DNA of 64,000 nucleotides from an uncultured Syntrophorhabdus sp. GTDB lineage: Bacteria > Desulfobacterota > Syntrophorhabdia > Syntrophorhabdales > Syntrophorhabdaceae. The stretch is from NCBI GenBank assembly GCA_964466585.1, contig CAYXSH010000004.1, positions 14,463 to 78,462 on the forward strand, written 5' to 3'. The translations under genes were made by a program, and so were the position numbers. The notes beneath the pieces are model-generated. The model saw only the letters and a list, made by a program, of their open reading frames with translations. It did no database searches and had not been told where the DNA came from. Position 1 is the first letter of the stretch, and every line of letters starts with the position of its first letter. Shown piece after piece: positions 1-10,016 of this stretch.

Positions 1-1368
1 GTCCTTGACCGGGAACATCTTTCCCATTTCGCTTACGACGCCACTGAAAAACAGTATATGCCGCAGGTCGCTCTCCTGCCGGAGAACACCGAAGAGGTAT
101 CACGCATCATGCGCTGTTCCTATGAACATGATGTCCCGGTGACCCCCCAGGGAGGCAGGACGGGCCTTTCAGGCGGAGCACTGCCTGTTGAAGGCGGGGC
201 CGTGCTGTCCTTTGCCCGGCTCAACCGCATCATCGAGATCGACGAGGCCAACATGTTCGCCACGGTGGAACCCGGTGTCATATCCAACGACCTGCAGACC
301 GAGCTCGGCAGGCGCGGCCTCTTCTTCCCCCCCGACCCGTCGAGCACGGTCGACAGCACCCTCGGGGGCAACGTGGCGGAGAACGCCGGCTACACGCGCG
401 CCGTGAAATACGGGGTCACGAGGGATTACGTGAGGGGCCTCGAAGCGGTCCTTCCCGGCGGGGAGGTGATAAGCCTCGGGGGCAAGACCGTCAAGAACGT
501 TGCCGGATACGACCTTATTTCGCTCCTTGTCGGTTCCGAAGGCACCCTTGCCGTCGTCACAAAAATTATCTTCAGGCTTTTGCCCCGGCCCGGGGTGCGC
601 CGCACCATAATCGCCTACCTCGATGACCTTGTGTGCGCCGCCGATCTCATCGTGGCCGTTTTCAGGTCCGGTATAACTCCGTGCGCCATAGAGCTCATGG
701 ACAACATTGCCATAAACACCGTGGCCGACCATCTCAGCGCGCCGCTCGCGAGGGACGCTGCCGCGCTGGTGCTCATCGAGATCGACGGCCACGGAGAAGA
801 AGAGGTCCACCGCGAGGCCCTGGAGATATCATCCCTGTGCCGGGGTTCCAGGGGAGTGACAGAAACGGCCCTGGCGGCAGACGATGCCGGGGCGCAGCGC
901 TTGTGGATGTTCCGCAGGGAGGTGCTGCCGTCGCTGAAGGCATTGAAAAAAGACCACCTCGAGGCGGACGTCGTCGTGCCCCGCTACGATCTGCCGTTTC
1001 TCGTCAAGTTCATCAGGGAGCTTGAACACAGCGACGCGATCAGGATAGCGACATACGGCCATGCCGGCGACGGGAACCTTCACGTCACCATACTTCACCG
1101 GCGGAGGAACTTCGCGGAGCTCGAAGAGGCATACCGGCTGCTTGAGACCATATACAGGAAAACGGCCGATATGGGAGGAAGCCTGACAGGCGAGCACGGC
1201 GTCGGCCTCACCGTAATGGACTACCTTCACCTGCAGATCCAAACAGAGGTGATAGGGCTCATGGAACGGGTCAAGGCCGCCTTCGACCCAAAGGGTCTGT
1301 TGAACCCGGGCAAGATCTTTAAGGCAGCGGGCCGGGGATGGGACAGGCAAAAAAACGTAGTAAAATAA
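1..1368 (+). CDS. FAD-binding oxidoreductase, GlcD / D-lactate dehydrogenase family (5' end outside window)
   Basis: Frame 1 is open from base 1 (VLDREHLSHF...) into the 58..1368 ORF. Has the FAD-binding motif PQGGRTGLSGGA and C-terminal GEHGVGL and DPKGLLNPGK, typical of GlcD-like oxidases. Confidence 0.85.
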   Translation, partial: VLDREHLSHFAYDATEKQYMPQVALLPENTEEVSRIMRCSYEHDVPVTPQGGRTGLSGGALPVEGGAVLSFARLNRIIEIDEANMFATVEPGVISNDLQTELGRRGLFFPPDPSSTVDSTLGGNVAENAGYTRAVKYGVTRDYVRGLEAVLPGGEVISLGGKTVKNVAGYDLISLLVGSEGTLAVVTKIIFRLLPRPGVRRTIIAYLDDLVCAADLIVAVFRSGITPCAIELMDNIAINTVADHLSAPLARDAAALVLIEIDGHGEEEVHREALEISSLCRGSRGVTETALAADDAGAQRLWMFRREVLPSLKALKKDHLEADVVVPRYDLPFLVKFIRELEHSDAIRIATYGHAGDGNLHVTILHRRRNFAELEEAYRLLETIYRKTADMGGSLTGEHGVGLTVMDYLHLQIQTEVIGLMERVKAAFDPKGLLNPGKIFKAAGRGWDRQKNVVK

Positions 1369-1404
1369 CGCGGCAGATAGTATCATTTAATTTAATATGA
1401 TATA

Positions 1405-3234
1405 ATGGGAGACGATAAAAACAGCATGGTGAAAAAAACAGTGAAGCGCGTCTCTTTGCGCATAAGCCCTCCGAAAAAAAACGACATATACAACGCTTTC
1501 TTTAAATCATCCGGGATCGCCACCCTCATCTCCGGGGAAGACGGGGCAATACTCAACGCCAACAGGGAATTCACAAAACTTTCAGGTTACCCGCTCAGGG
1601 AGCTTAAAGGGAAAAAGAAATGGCATGAGTTCATCGTCAACAGCGATCTGACAAAGATGGGGCAATACCAGGAGCTTACAGGCAACACTCCCGGCAGCTT
1701 CATGAAAACATACGAATTCAATCTTGCCGACAAACAGGGCGCGGTCAAGGATGTCTATGTCTCAAAGGGCCACGTATCGGGCACAAAGAACGTCGCCATT
1801 TCCTTTGTGGACATCACGGACATCATCAAGGCAAAGGAACTGACAAGTGTCAGCGAGGCCAAATACCGTTCTGTCATTGAGTCGACGGACGACTTCATCT
1901 ACATGTTCGATCGCGACTGCCGGTACATTTTCGTCAATGGACGCGTCCTGACAGGGCTCGGCGTGACGGAGGAGAACATCATAGGAAAACGTTACGGGGA
2001 TTTTCACGATCTCGACGACACCCGTGAGGTCATGAATTACGTGGACAGGGTATATGAAACCTCGGCCTCCTGCCGGTACGAACACAGGAGCAGCAAGAGG
2101 GGGTTCTACTTCCTGCGGACCCTGAGCCCGATCTTTGAAGCGGGCACCCGGAAGGTCAAATACGTTGCGGTCATATCGAAAGACATATCCGACCTGAAGA
2201 AGACCGAGGAAAAACTGAAATATTTAAGCCTTCACGACCCGCTGACGAACCTGTACAACCGGGCATATTTCGAAGAGGAGATGCACCGCCTCGACAGCAC
2301 CCGCTTCGAACTCGCCGGCCTCATCATGTGCGATGTGGACGGACTGAAACTGATCAATGACACCCTTGGCCACGACAGGGGGGACGAACTCCTCATAATC
2401 GCTTCACAGATCATCAGGAGGTCTTTCCGCGAAAGCGACGTTGTCGCCCGTGTCGGAGGAGACGAGTTCGCCATCCTGCTTCCCAACAGCCCCCGCTCAA
2501 AGGTGGAGGAGATATGCAGGAGGATCAAGGACGGTACGATCGAATACAACTCAAAGAACCCGTCCCTTCCCCTGGGCATTTCCATCGGGTTCGCCATTCG
2601 CACCGTTCCCGGCCAGAGCATGGCCGAGCTTTACCGTGAGGCAGACAACCAGATGTACAAGGAAAAGCTCTTCAACAGTCAGCAGGCGCGAAGCGCCATT
2701 GTGAAGAACCTCATAAAGACCGTTAAGGAAAAGGACATAATTACACAGCGGTCCGTTGAACACCTGCAGAAACTCGTCGTTGAGCTCGGTAATGCCGCTG
2801 AACTGCCCGAAGGGCGGCTCAAAGACCTCTTTCTCCTTGCCCAATTCCACGACATCGGCAACGTCGGCATCCACGACAGGATCCTCCACAAAGAGGACGG
2901 CCTCACAGACGATGACATAGCCGAGATACTGAAGCACTGCGATGTGGGCCACCGCATCGCCCTGTCCGACCCGGACCTTGCCCACATAGCCGATTACATC
3001 CTGAAACATCACGAATGGTGGAACGGAAGCGGCTACCCGCTTGGCCTCTCCGGTGAAGACATCCCCCTGGAAAGCAGGATCATGGCCATTGCCGACGCTT
3101 ACGAATCGATGACCGGCGAGAGGCCGCACCGTAAACCTTTATCGAAGAAAGAGGCGCTGGAGGAGCTCAGAAGGAACGCCGGCAGCCAGTTCGACCCCAA
3201 CCTCGTGGAAAAGTTCATCCGGATCATATCCTAG
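1405..3234 (+). CDS. PAS sensor - GGDEF diguanylate cyclase - HD-GYP phosphodiesterase fusion
   Basis: 609-aa ORF with a literal GGDEF (RVGGDEFAILL) after DPLTNLYNR, and C-terminal HDIGNVG ... HHEWWNGSGYPLGL (HD-GYP signature). PAS-like N-terminal half. Confidence 0.9.
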   Translation: MGDDKNSMVKKTVKRVSLRISPPKKNDIYNAFFKSSGIATLISGEDGAILNANREFTKLSGYPLRELKGKKKWHEFIVNSDLTKMGQYQELTGNTPGSFMKTYEFNLADKQGAVKDVYVSKGHVSGTKNVAISFVDITDIIKAKELTSVSEAKYRSVIESTDDFIYMFDRDCRYIFVNGRVLTGLGVTEENIIGKRYGDFHDLDDTREVMNYVDRVYETSASCRYEHRSSKRGFYFLRTLSPIFEAGTRKVKYVAVISKDISDLKKTEEKLKYLSLHDPLTNLYNRAYFEEEMHRLDSTRFELAGLIMCDVDGLKLINDTLGHDRGDELLIIASQIIRRSFRESDVVARVGGDEFAILLPNSPRSKVEEICRRIKDGTIEYNSKNPSLPLGISIGFAIRTVPGQSMAELYREADNQMYKEKLFNSQQARSAIVKNLIKTVKEKDIITQRSVEHLQKLVVELGNAAELPEGRLKDLFLLAQFHDIGNVGIHDRILHKEDGLTDDDIAEILKHCDVGHRIALSDPDLAHIADYILKHHEWWNGSGYPLGLSGEDIPLESRIMAIADAYESMTGERPHRKPLSKKEALEELRRNAGSQFDPNLVEKFIRIIS

Positions 3235-3239
3235 AAGAT

Positions 3240-3267
3240 GGTTTCAGGTTTCAGGTTTCAGGTTCAA
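3240..3267. repeat. Heptamer tandem repeat GGTTTCA x3 plus one degenerate unit
   Basis: Read directly: ggtttca ggtttca ggtttca ggttcaa, in the convergent intergenic gap between the 3234 stop and the 3321 stop. Confidence 0.8.
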
Positions 3268-3320
3268 AGAAAAACACAAATTGCAAGGGTTCCTATCTTA
3301 CAGGGCATCTCCTGTTGTCC

Positions 3321-4943
3321 TTATACAAAAAGATCGGTGAAGGCGAAGCGCTCGCCGTCGAAAAGGCCCCTGTCGCTGAGCTTCAGCCTCGGAATGACAA
3401 GGAGGGCCATGAAGGAAAGGGTCATGTAGGGGGCATTCAGCTTTGTCCCCAGTTCCTTTGCGAGCGTGTCGAGGCGGCCGTATTTCTTAGCGACCTCACG
3501 GCCGTCACCGTCAGACATGATGCCCGCCACGGGAAGAGGGAGCACTGTCTTCATTTCATCCGAAACGAGGGAGATCCCGCCTTTTTTCTCGATGACAAGG
3601 TTTATCGCTTCGCAGATCATCTCGTCCGATACCCCGACAGCTATGACATTGTGCGAATCGTGGGCAACCGACGATGCTATGGCGCCTTTCTTCAGGCCGA
3701 ACCCCCTGATGAAACCCACGGCCGGGGGAGCGTCCTCATAGCGGTTCACAACGGCTATCTTCAGAATGTCCCTGGACGTGTCACAGGCCGCGGCGCCGCC
3801 CACGGCAAGAGGCGCCTCGAGGGATACCCCGGTCAGGAGCTGGTCCTCGATGACCTCGATCACGCGCATCGAGTCAGACCTCTTGCGGACATAAAGGTCG
3901 GACGGCCTTTTCGGAAGGGCATGGAAAACATTGACCGGCGATGTTCGCCTGCGGGCAATGCGCGTTTCCCCTTCTTCCGCGACCGTTTCTCCGCGTATAA
4001 TGGTCCTCAGGACCGAAAGGTCCTTCAGGTTGTCCACGATGACCATATCAGCCGCGTCGCCCTGCCTGAGGAGCCCGATCTTAAGGCCGTAATGGTTAAC
4101 GGGGTTGATGCAGGCGCATCTCAAGACCTTCATGACATCCAATCCGGAGCTTATAGCCCTTGCCGCCAGGGTGTTTATATGGCCGCGGACGAGATCGTCG
4201 GGATGCTTGTCGTCGCTGCAGAACATGCAGCGGTCGGGATACTCCTCGATCAGCGGGCAGAGCGCGTCAAAGTTGCGGGCGGCGGAACCTTCACGTATCT
4301 GGACCTTCATGCCGAGAGCGATCTTCTCCCGCGCCTCCTCTATATCGAAACACTCATGGTCCGTTGAAATACCTGCCGCAGCGTATTTTCGCAGCCCTTC
4401 ACCCCTCAGGCCGGGTGCGTGCCCGTCCACCGGCTTTCCGAACCGCCTGGCCAGTTCTATCCTGGCAAGGACTTCGGGGTCCCCGTTTATAACGCCGGGG
4501 AAGTTCATCATCTCGCTGAGATAACCGATCTTTTCGTCACCGAGAAGGATCCCGGTCTCTTTCACATCTATCGCTGCGCCCGATGTCTCAAAGGGGCTCG
4601 CGGGGACGCAGGAAGGAGCACCGAAATGGAACACGAACGGTACGCCTTCACCGTCCTCTATCATGTAGCGCACACCGTCGAGCCCAAGCACATTTGCTAT
4701 CTCGTGCGGGTCGGACACCGCGGCGACGCTGCCGTGCACCACCGCAAGGCGCGCGAACTCCGCGGGGGTGAGCATGGAGCTTTCGATGTGGATATGCGCG
4801 TCTACAAAGCCCGGGATTATATACGAATCGTGCCAGTACCGCTCACGTTCTATACCGGTGATGATGCCGCCGTCGATATGAATGGTGCCCGGAAAGACCG
4901 TCTCGGTATGAAGATCGACAATATTACCGGTAATGGTCTTCAT
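3321..4943 (-). CDS. ade: Adenine deaminase
   Basis: 540-aa ORF with amidohydrolase metal motif PGFVDAHIHIESSMLTP near the N-terminus. Length and overall pattern are typical of Ade. Confidence 0.9.
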   Translation of the reverse strand: MKTITGNIVDLHTETVFPGTIHIDGGIITGIERERYWHDSYIIPGFVDAHIHIESSMLTPAEFARLAVVHGSVAAVSDPHEIANVLGLDGVRYMIEDGEGVPFVFHFGAPSCVPASPFETSGAAIDVKETGILLGDEKIGYLSEMMNFPGVINGDPEVLARIELARRFGKPVDGHAPGLRGEGLRKYAAAGISTDHECFDIEEAREKIALGMKVQIREGSAARNFDALCPLIEEYPDRCMFCSDDKHPDDLVRGHINTLAARAISSGLDVMKVLRCACINPVNHYGLKIGLLRQGDAADMVIVDNLKDLSVLRTIIRGETVAEEGETRIARRRTSPVNVFHALPKRPSDLYVRKRSDSMRVIEVIEDQLLTGVSLEAPLAVGGAAACDTSRDILKIAVVNRYEDAPPAVGFIRGFGLKKGAIASSVAHDSHNVIAVGVSDEMICEAINLVIEKKGGISLVSDEMKTVLPLPVAGIMSDGDGREVAKKYGRLDTLAKELGTKLNAPYMTLSFMALLVIPRLKLSDRGLFDGERFAFTDLFV

Positions 4944-4988
4944 GAAAGAACCCTCCGTTCTTTTTTAACCAGGCACCGGATCAAAAAA

Positions 4989-5075
4989 ATAACCAATGAC
5001 CAATTGCCAATAACCAGCTTGGAAAACACCCCTCTCCGGGCGTTCCCCTTTTTTTGGCCATTGGTCATTGGTAAT
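4989..5075. repeat. Imperfect 20-bp inverted repeat built from ACCAAT units (possible porG-side terminator / ade promoter element)
   Basis: ataaccaatgaccaattgcc (4989-5008) versus the reverse complement of ggccattggtcattggtaat (5056-5075). The 12-bp core ccaatgaccaat/attggtcattgg is perfect. Flanked by an A7 run (4983-4989) and a T7 run (5049-5055). Confidence 0.45.
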
Positions 5076-5110
5076 CGGTTATTATCAGTTACCTTTGATC
5101 CCTGTTTTTG

Positions 5111-5665
5111 CTACTCTGCCTTTATGACCGTTGCTTCGTTATATGCGCGGGTGTAGGCATTGATGTTCTTCTGCCCTCCCGTGCTGCCAAAACGGTTGCG
5201 GACCGGCTCTTCAAGGGTGTTCAGCTCTACGACGCCGGTTGCCTTCACGAGGGCGCCGAGCATCGTGGTGTTCGTGATGGGAACGCCGAGCTCTTCCTTC
5301 GCGATCTTTGTCGCATCGACAAAAACAATGTTCTGGCCGGGGAACATGCCCTTGAGCTCATCAGCGGACTTGTTGGAGTTGATCACCACATACCCGCCCT
5401 TTTTAAGGCCGAGCGTAGGATTTGCAGATACCACAAGCGTCGGGTCCAGTATTAAAACGCTGTCAGGCTTGTAGACCTTTGACCTGAGCCTGATAGGTTT
5501 GTCCGATACACGCAGGAATGCCTGTACCGGTGCGCCGCGGCGCTCGGGACCGAAGCTCGGGAATGCCTGTGCGCTCATCCCCTGTTTGATCGCAGCCTGG
5601 GCAATGATCTCCGCCGACGTCACGGCACCCTGCCCGCCTCTTCCATGAAATCTTACCTCTAACAT
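5111..5665 (-). CDS. 2-oxoacid (pyruvate):ferredoxin oxidoreductase gamma subunit
   Basis: 184-aa ORF. N-terminus RFHGRGGQGAVTSAEIIAQAA...AFPSFGPERRGAP is the hallmark of POR/KOR gamma subunits. Confidence 0.8.
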   Translation of the reverse strand: MLEVRFHGRGGQGAVTSAEIIAQAAIKQGMSAQAFPSFGPERRGAPVQAFLRVSDKPIRLRSKVYKPDSVLILDPTLVVSANPTLGLKKGGYVVINSNKSADELKGMFPGQNIVFVDATKIAKEELGVPITNTTMLGALVKATGVVELNTLEEPVRNRFGSTGGQKNINAYTRAYNEATVIKAE

Positions 5666-5678
5666 CTATGTTCTCCTT

Positions 5679-7148
5679 TCAAGAAACTGAATGTTTGACT
5701 CGCCACTGTGTGCCTTTCGGTGTGTCGAGAAGCATTATGCCTTTTTCCGCGAGTGAATCCCTGATCTCGTCTGCCTTTTTGAAATCCTTGTTCTTCCTCG
5801 CCTCCACCCTGTCGTTGATCGCATGTTCGACAAATGTGCCGTCAAGCCCGATACGGGCCAGGTGACGGACCTTCTCCTGGGATTCCAGCGTATCGATGCT
5901 GTCCGTAAGGAGCCCCAGCGTGGCGGCAAGCGACTCGTAGACCCTCTCCGTGTACGCAATAAGCCCTGCCGCGCTTTCGTCCTTTTCGTCGGCCATACGG
6001 TTGATCTCCTTGGAAAGCTCGAAGATATACGAAAGGGCGAGCGCGGTGTTGAAATCATCATCCATGGCATCAGCGAACTTCTTGGCTATCTCGTCCGCCT
6101 CCGGGTATAGGCGGGGCTCAACAGCCTTGCCCCTCTGGGCTTCCGCGGACCGCTGACGGGTATAGTAGAGCCTGTGAAGCGCCCTGTTGATGTCCTCGAT
6201 CGACTGTTCGTTGTAATCAACGGGGCTCCGGTAATGATTGGACAGATAGAAAAGACGAAGAACCTCGGGGTGATACTCCCTGAGGAAGTCCTTTATTGCC
6301 AGAGTGTTGCCTATGGATTTGGACATCTTTTCGCGATCGATGTTCACAAACCCGTTGTGTATCCAGTAATTGACGAACTTCTCCCCGGTGGCCGCCTCGG
6401 TCTGGGCCTTCTCGTTCTCATGGTGAGGGAAGACAAGGTCCTTGCCGCCCCCGTGGATATCAAAAGGATTTCCGAGGTAGAGGGTGCTCATGGCGGAACA
6501 CTCGATGTGCCAGCCGGGCCTTCCCGCCCCGAACGGCGTGTCCCATGACGGTTCACCCTCTTTCGAGGCCTTCCAGAGCGCGAAATCAAGAGGGTTCCTT
6601 TTCCTTTCATCCACATCAACGCGGGCGCCGGAGATCATCTCTTCCAGGGGCCTCTTTGAAAGCTGGCCGTAGTTCCTGAAGCTTTCCACGGAAAAGTAGA
6701 CATCGCCGTCCACATTGTAAGCGTGGCCTTTTTCCAGGAGTGTCTCCACCAGTGCTATCATGTCACCGATATGCTGCGTGGCACGCGGTTCATGATCGGG
6801 GCGCAGAATGCTCAGCGCATCCATGTCTTCATAAAAGGAACGGATGTATTTCTCCCCCACTTCCTGCCACGGTATCTTCTCGGCCATGGATCTCTTTATT
6901 ATCTTGTCATCGATATCCGTAAAGTTCCTTACGTATGTGACCTTGTAGTTCTTTGAGAGGAGATACCGGTATATCGTGTCGAAGACGATGGCGCTCCTCG
7001 CGTGCCCGATATGACAATGGTCATACACGGTGACTCCGCAGACATAGAGCTTCACCTCCCCTTCGACGACCGGGGTGAAATCTTCTTTTTTACCGGAAAT
7101 GGTATTGTAAACCTTCAATGCCATAGCGTTGACCGTAATATTTACCAT
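5679..7148 (-). CDS. cysS: Cysteine--tRNA ligase
   Basis: HIGH motif (CHIGHARSA) and KMSKS motif (KMSKSIGN). The true start may be the ATG at 7124 (MALKVYNT...). Confidence 0.95.
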   Translation of the reverse strand: MVNITVNAMALKVYNTISGKKEDFTPVVEGEVKLYVCGVTVYDHCHIGHARSAIVFDTIYRYLLSKNYKVTYVRNFTDIDDKIIKRSMAEKIPWQEVGEKYIRSFYEDMDALSILRPDHEPRATQHIGDMIALVETLLEKGHAYNVDGDVYFSVESFRNYGQLSKRPLEEMISGARVDVDERKRNPLDFALWKASKEGEPSWDTPFGAGRPGWHIECSAMSTLYLGNPFDIHGGGKDLVFPHHENEKAQTEAATGEKFVNYWIHNGFVNIDREKMSKSIGNTLAIKDFLREYHPEVLRLFYLSNHYRSPVDYNEQSIEDINRALHRLYYTRQRSAEAQRGKAVEPRLYPEADEIAKKFADAMDDDFNTALALSYIFELSKEINRMADEKDESAAGLIAYTERVYESLAATLGLLTDSIDTLESQEKVRHLARIGLDGTFVEHAINDRVEARKNKDFKKADEIRDSLAEKGIMLLDTPKGTQWRVKHSVS

Positions 7149-7196
7149 AGAAATCGCAATATTGTCAAAGCAATTGAACGTTGCCGCCCTAACGGC

Positions 7197-8621
7197 TCAA
7201 AGGTTTCCGCCGGCCTCGGCCAGTCTCTGCGCTCCTTCGCTGCAGCTTTTTATAAGATTGGCGATGAGGCTCCCATAATAAGGGATGTCCCCTTCGGCCG
7301 CATCGGTTATCATTTCGTTCGCGTTCATGGCATTCGCCCTGTCGCGGACGGTCTTCGTGCCCGGCACTTCACCCGGGCAAAGCCCGTACTCCCTCATCCT
7401 CAGGACGCCAACCTGGCGGGGGAGCTTGCTTTCATAAAGCATCTTGAACGCATCTATCACCGCGAGGTATTTTTCCAGCGCGTCCGCTGGAAGTTTCCTT
7501 ATGATCCCCTCTTTATTGGCAACCTGCAGGTAGCTGCACGCCATATCGACAAAAACAGCGAGCCCTATCATGAAAAGATCGAGCTTATCGAGCAGGGAAA
7601 CGGGCCCCTGCGCCCTTGTAACACCCATGACAACCGATGCTATCTGCCTTACCTGGGGCATGAAAACCCATTCCCCTGCCGTCATCGCGGTATGTTCCAG
7701 GGCGTCATGCACTGCCTGGTAGACCTCATTTTCCGAAAGTGCGGCTGCATCTTCCCCGCTGGAAAAGCTCCTTATCGCGCGGTCGAGGTCGACCTGTTTT
7801 ACCAGGCCGAAAACGTCCCCAAAGTGTTTTACGAGGTCTTCCTGGCGCTCCGGCGGTATACACGTCAGGATGTTCTGAAGAAATTCCGGCACCCCGCAGC
7901 CGATGGCCGGGCCGGGTCCGGCCAGGGATCCGCAGATAACGTATTTGCCGGATGACAGGCAGGACCTCCGGCGCACGTACTTTTGGAAAACAGGTTCGAC
8001 CTTACCGGTGGCATCCATCTCCCTGACAAGGGACCCGTATCTTTGAGGGTCCCGTTTCGCCGCGGCCACGATCTCCGCCGCTTTCCTCAGGGTGTTCTGG
8101 TGAAGCCCCACCGCCCTTGCCGCAACGGCACGCGACTGCATGTTCCTTCCGCTGCCCTGCGGCCGCACGTCCGGCCCAGTCTTGTCCGCACCCGGCATCT
8201 CCGGTCTTGTGCCCGTCCGCCAATGCATCTTTTCCCCGCCGTCACCGTTCCCCCTGCCGGCCATCGCGCCGGAGACTATGTTCTTCTCTATATTTATCCT
8301 CAATTGTTCGGCCTTGATAGCTTCGAAGACGGCAACCTTTTCAGATATGGAAAGGTCTTTCCTGCATATGTTCTCGTCGTGTTCCCCGCGCACGAGGCTC
8401 TGAATATCTATAAGGATGCAGTGTTTCCCTTCGACGAGCGATGTGATGCCAAGCTGCCTCAGGGCGCACAGGCGCCGGTAACCGGCCACAAGCTCCTTCG
8501 TTCCCTTTTTCAGCACCACAGGCTGAAGCAATCCAAGCTCGGATATGGACCGCTTCAGGTCCTCAAGGTCGCCTAGGTCCTCTCTGTGCCGTTTACCCAC
8601 AACGATCTCTCCTATCTCCAT
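7197..8621 (-). CDS. ParB/Srx N-terminal-domain protein with long uncharacterised C-terminal region
   Basis: N-terminus IVVGKRHREDLGDLEDLKRSISELGLLQPVVL...LVAGYRRLCALRQLG matches the ParB-like nuclease/CTPase fold pattern. No motif recognised in the remaining ~350 aa. Confidence 0.7.
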   Translation of the reverse strand: MEIGEIVVGKRHREDLGDLEDLKRSISELGLLQPVVLKKGTKELVAGYRRLCALRQLGITSLVEGKHCILIDIQSLVRGEHDENICRKDLSISEKVAVFEAIKAEQLRINIEKNIVSGAMAGRGNGDGGEKMHWRTGTRPEMPGADKTGPDVRPQGSGRNMQSRAVAARAVGLHQNTLRKAAEIVAAAKRDPQRYGSLVREMDATGKVEPVFQKYVRRRSCLSSGKYVICGSLAGPGPAIGCGVPEFLQNILTCIPPERQEDLVKHFGDVFGLVKQVDLDRAIRSFSSGEDAAALSENEVYQAVHDALEHTAMTAGEWVFMPQVRQIASVVMGVTRAQGPVSLLDKLDLFMIGLAVFVDMACSYLQVANKEGIIRKLPADALEKYLAVIDAFKMLYESKLPRQVGVLRMREYGLCPGEVPGTKTVRDRANAMNANEMITDAAEGDIPYYGSLIANLIKSCSEGAQRLAEAGGNL

Positions 8622-8934
8622 GTGTCCCCCTCTTCAATGTCTTTAAAGAACATTCCAAACCCTTATCGGCCGCCGGTCACGGTAAGCGGAAAAAAGTATA
8701 CATCCTGCATTTTAAAACCATTCCCAATTTTCGTAACTGTTTATTATCTTTACGTTCCTGCATAATATTCAAAGAGACCCCCCGTGCATGATCTGTACGC
8801 GGGGAGACAAACGGCCCTGCCCGCGTGAGCCAAGGACATACGGCTGTTTACACTGGAACTAATGTCATGAATGGTGCATCATATGCACAGGGAGATCCTT
8901 TTTGCGGTCTGCCCGGCGGCAGCGCCGATCCCCC

Positions 8935-9321
8935 CTATGCCCGTTCGGCCCCCCGGGGCATTGCCCACCTTGTGACCGGCAGAAAATAGTAGCGGCTTTT
9001 ATATCCCCTTCCCCTTCTTTTGAACTGCACGACGATCCACTGGTCTTTAAGGGCCTTGATCGCGTCGAAGGCCTTCCTCCTCGACATTCCGCTTTTTTGG
9101 GCTATCTCATCGATAGACACATGCACGGTCTTCACGTATCCCCTGCCCGCTTTCCGCTTCTGTGCAAAACCGAACAAAAGTATGAAAAACACGCAGCTTA
9201 CGTAGGGCCCGAGCTCTGCCATGCAGCGTTCGATGTATGCCGAGAGTATCTCCGGTATCAGCGGATCATCTATATTGATCTCTTTAGCCATATTTTTCCT
9301 GGCTGCCTTGCTATCCGGCAC
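8935..9321 (-). CDS. Small winged-helix/HTH protein (plasmid/phage HTH_36-like pattern)
   Basis: 128 aa with VSIDEIAQKSGMSRRKAFDAIKALKDQWIV...SRYYF. Overlaps the upstream ORF by 11 bp. Confidence 0.5.
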   Translation of the reverse strand: MPDSKAARKNMAKEINIDDPLIPEILSAYIERCMAELGPYVSCVFFILLFGFAQKRKAGRGYVKTVHVSIDEIAQKSGMSRRKAFDAIKALKDQWIVVQFKRRGRGYKSRYYFLPVTRWAMPRGAERA

Positions 9322-9994
9322 GGCTGTTCGTCCCTCTCGGACAAAAGAGTGACGAAATGTAATCGTTGTGCCTCTGCATCACGTATGATGCCGCCCGGTT
9401 CTTTCTGCACTGCCCGGGATACGGGCCATTCTCATTCACGCCTTGCTTCGGCGCTTCGGAGCCCTCAATACCATTTGCGCCGGCACCGCGCAGCTCGGGT
9501 CCGGGACGCCTTTCGAACATGCGCGTGTCCTCCGTACCGGCGTTTTGAAAGCTTTTTTCCGGACAGTCTCCGGTATCAGAAAGGGAGGACTGCCAGCGCA
9601 GGTCTTTCTTCACCACCCTCTTTATCCTTTGCTCTATCCAAAGACATATATAGCATGCTATCTCGCCGGCAGATTTTGAAAGGTCGAATCTGCCCTGTCC
9701 CGCGATCTGCATCAGCACGACAACGGCATCATGTATGTAGTCATCGAGCCTGTCCTCTCCGAGATACGCCCTGTTGATCCGGCTTATGATCTTTTTCACT
9801 ATACCCCTGATGACCTGTTTTGCGTAAAGCCTTTCCACAAGCCATTGCTGCCCCAGGACCCTTGTATCTTCCAGTATGCCCGAAAACTCTTCCACGCTCA
9901 GGGACCTGAAAAATGTTCTCGTATATGCCGCTGTCGCCAATGCACGGTCACGGGTGTTCGATATCCCCGGTGAACCGCCCTGTCCATGAACCAT
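9311..9994 (-). CDS. Hypothetical protein, weak sigma-70 region-2-like segment
   Basis: 227-aa ORF. DDYIHDAVVVLMQIAGQGRFDLSKSAGEIACYICLWIEQRIKR loosely resembles sigma region 2. The C-terminus is low complexity, so the call is tentative. Confidence 0.35.
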   Translation of the reverse strand: MVHGQGGSPGISNTRDRALATAAYTRTFFRSLSVEEFSGILEDTRVLGQQWLVERLYAKQVIRGIVKKIISRINRAYLGEDRLDDYIHDAVVVLMQIAGQGRFDLSKSAGEIACYICLWIEQRIKRVVKKDLRWQSSLSDTGDCPEKSFQNAGTEDTRMFERRPGPELRGAGANGIEGSEAPKQGVNENGPYPGQCRKNRAASYVMQRHNDYISSLFCPRGTNSRAG

Positions 9995-10016
9995 AAACTC
10001 GTTCCTCCTTTAATGC

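Noticed and set aside
3315-4367. 350-aa plus-strand ORF
   Set aside because: Entirely antisense to the well-supported adenine deaminase gene. Arg/Gly/Pro-rich shadow-ORF composition typical of GC-rich DNA, with no motifs.
7002-7955. 317-aa plus-strand ORF
   Set aside because: Antisense to the cysS 5' end and the ParB-like gene and spans their intergenic gap. No motifs; a shadow ORF.
8935-9994. Idea that 9311..9994 (sigma region-2-like) and 8935..9321 (HTH) form a split sigma factor
   Set aside because: The region-2 resemblance is weak, and the HTH protein fits a Rep/HTH_36-type pattern better than sigma region 4. This is pure speculation without profile searches.
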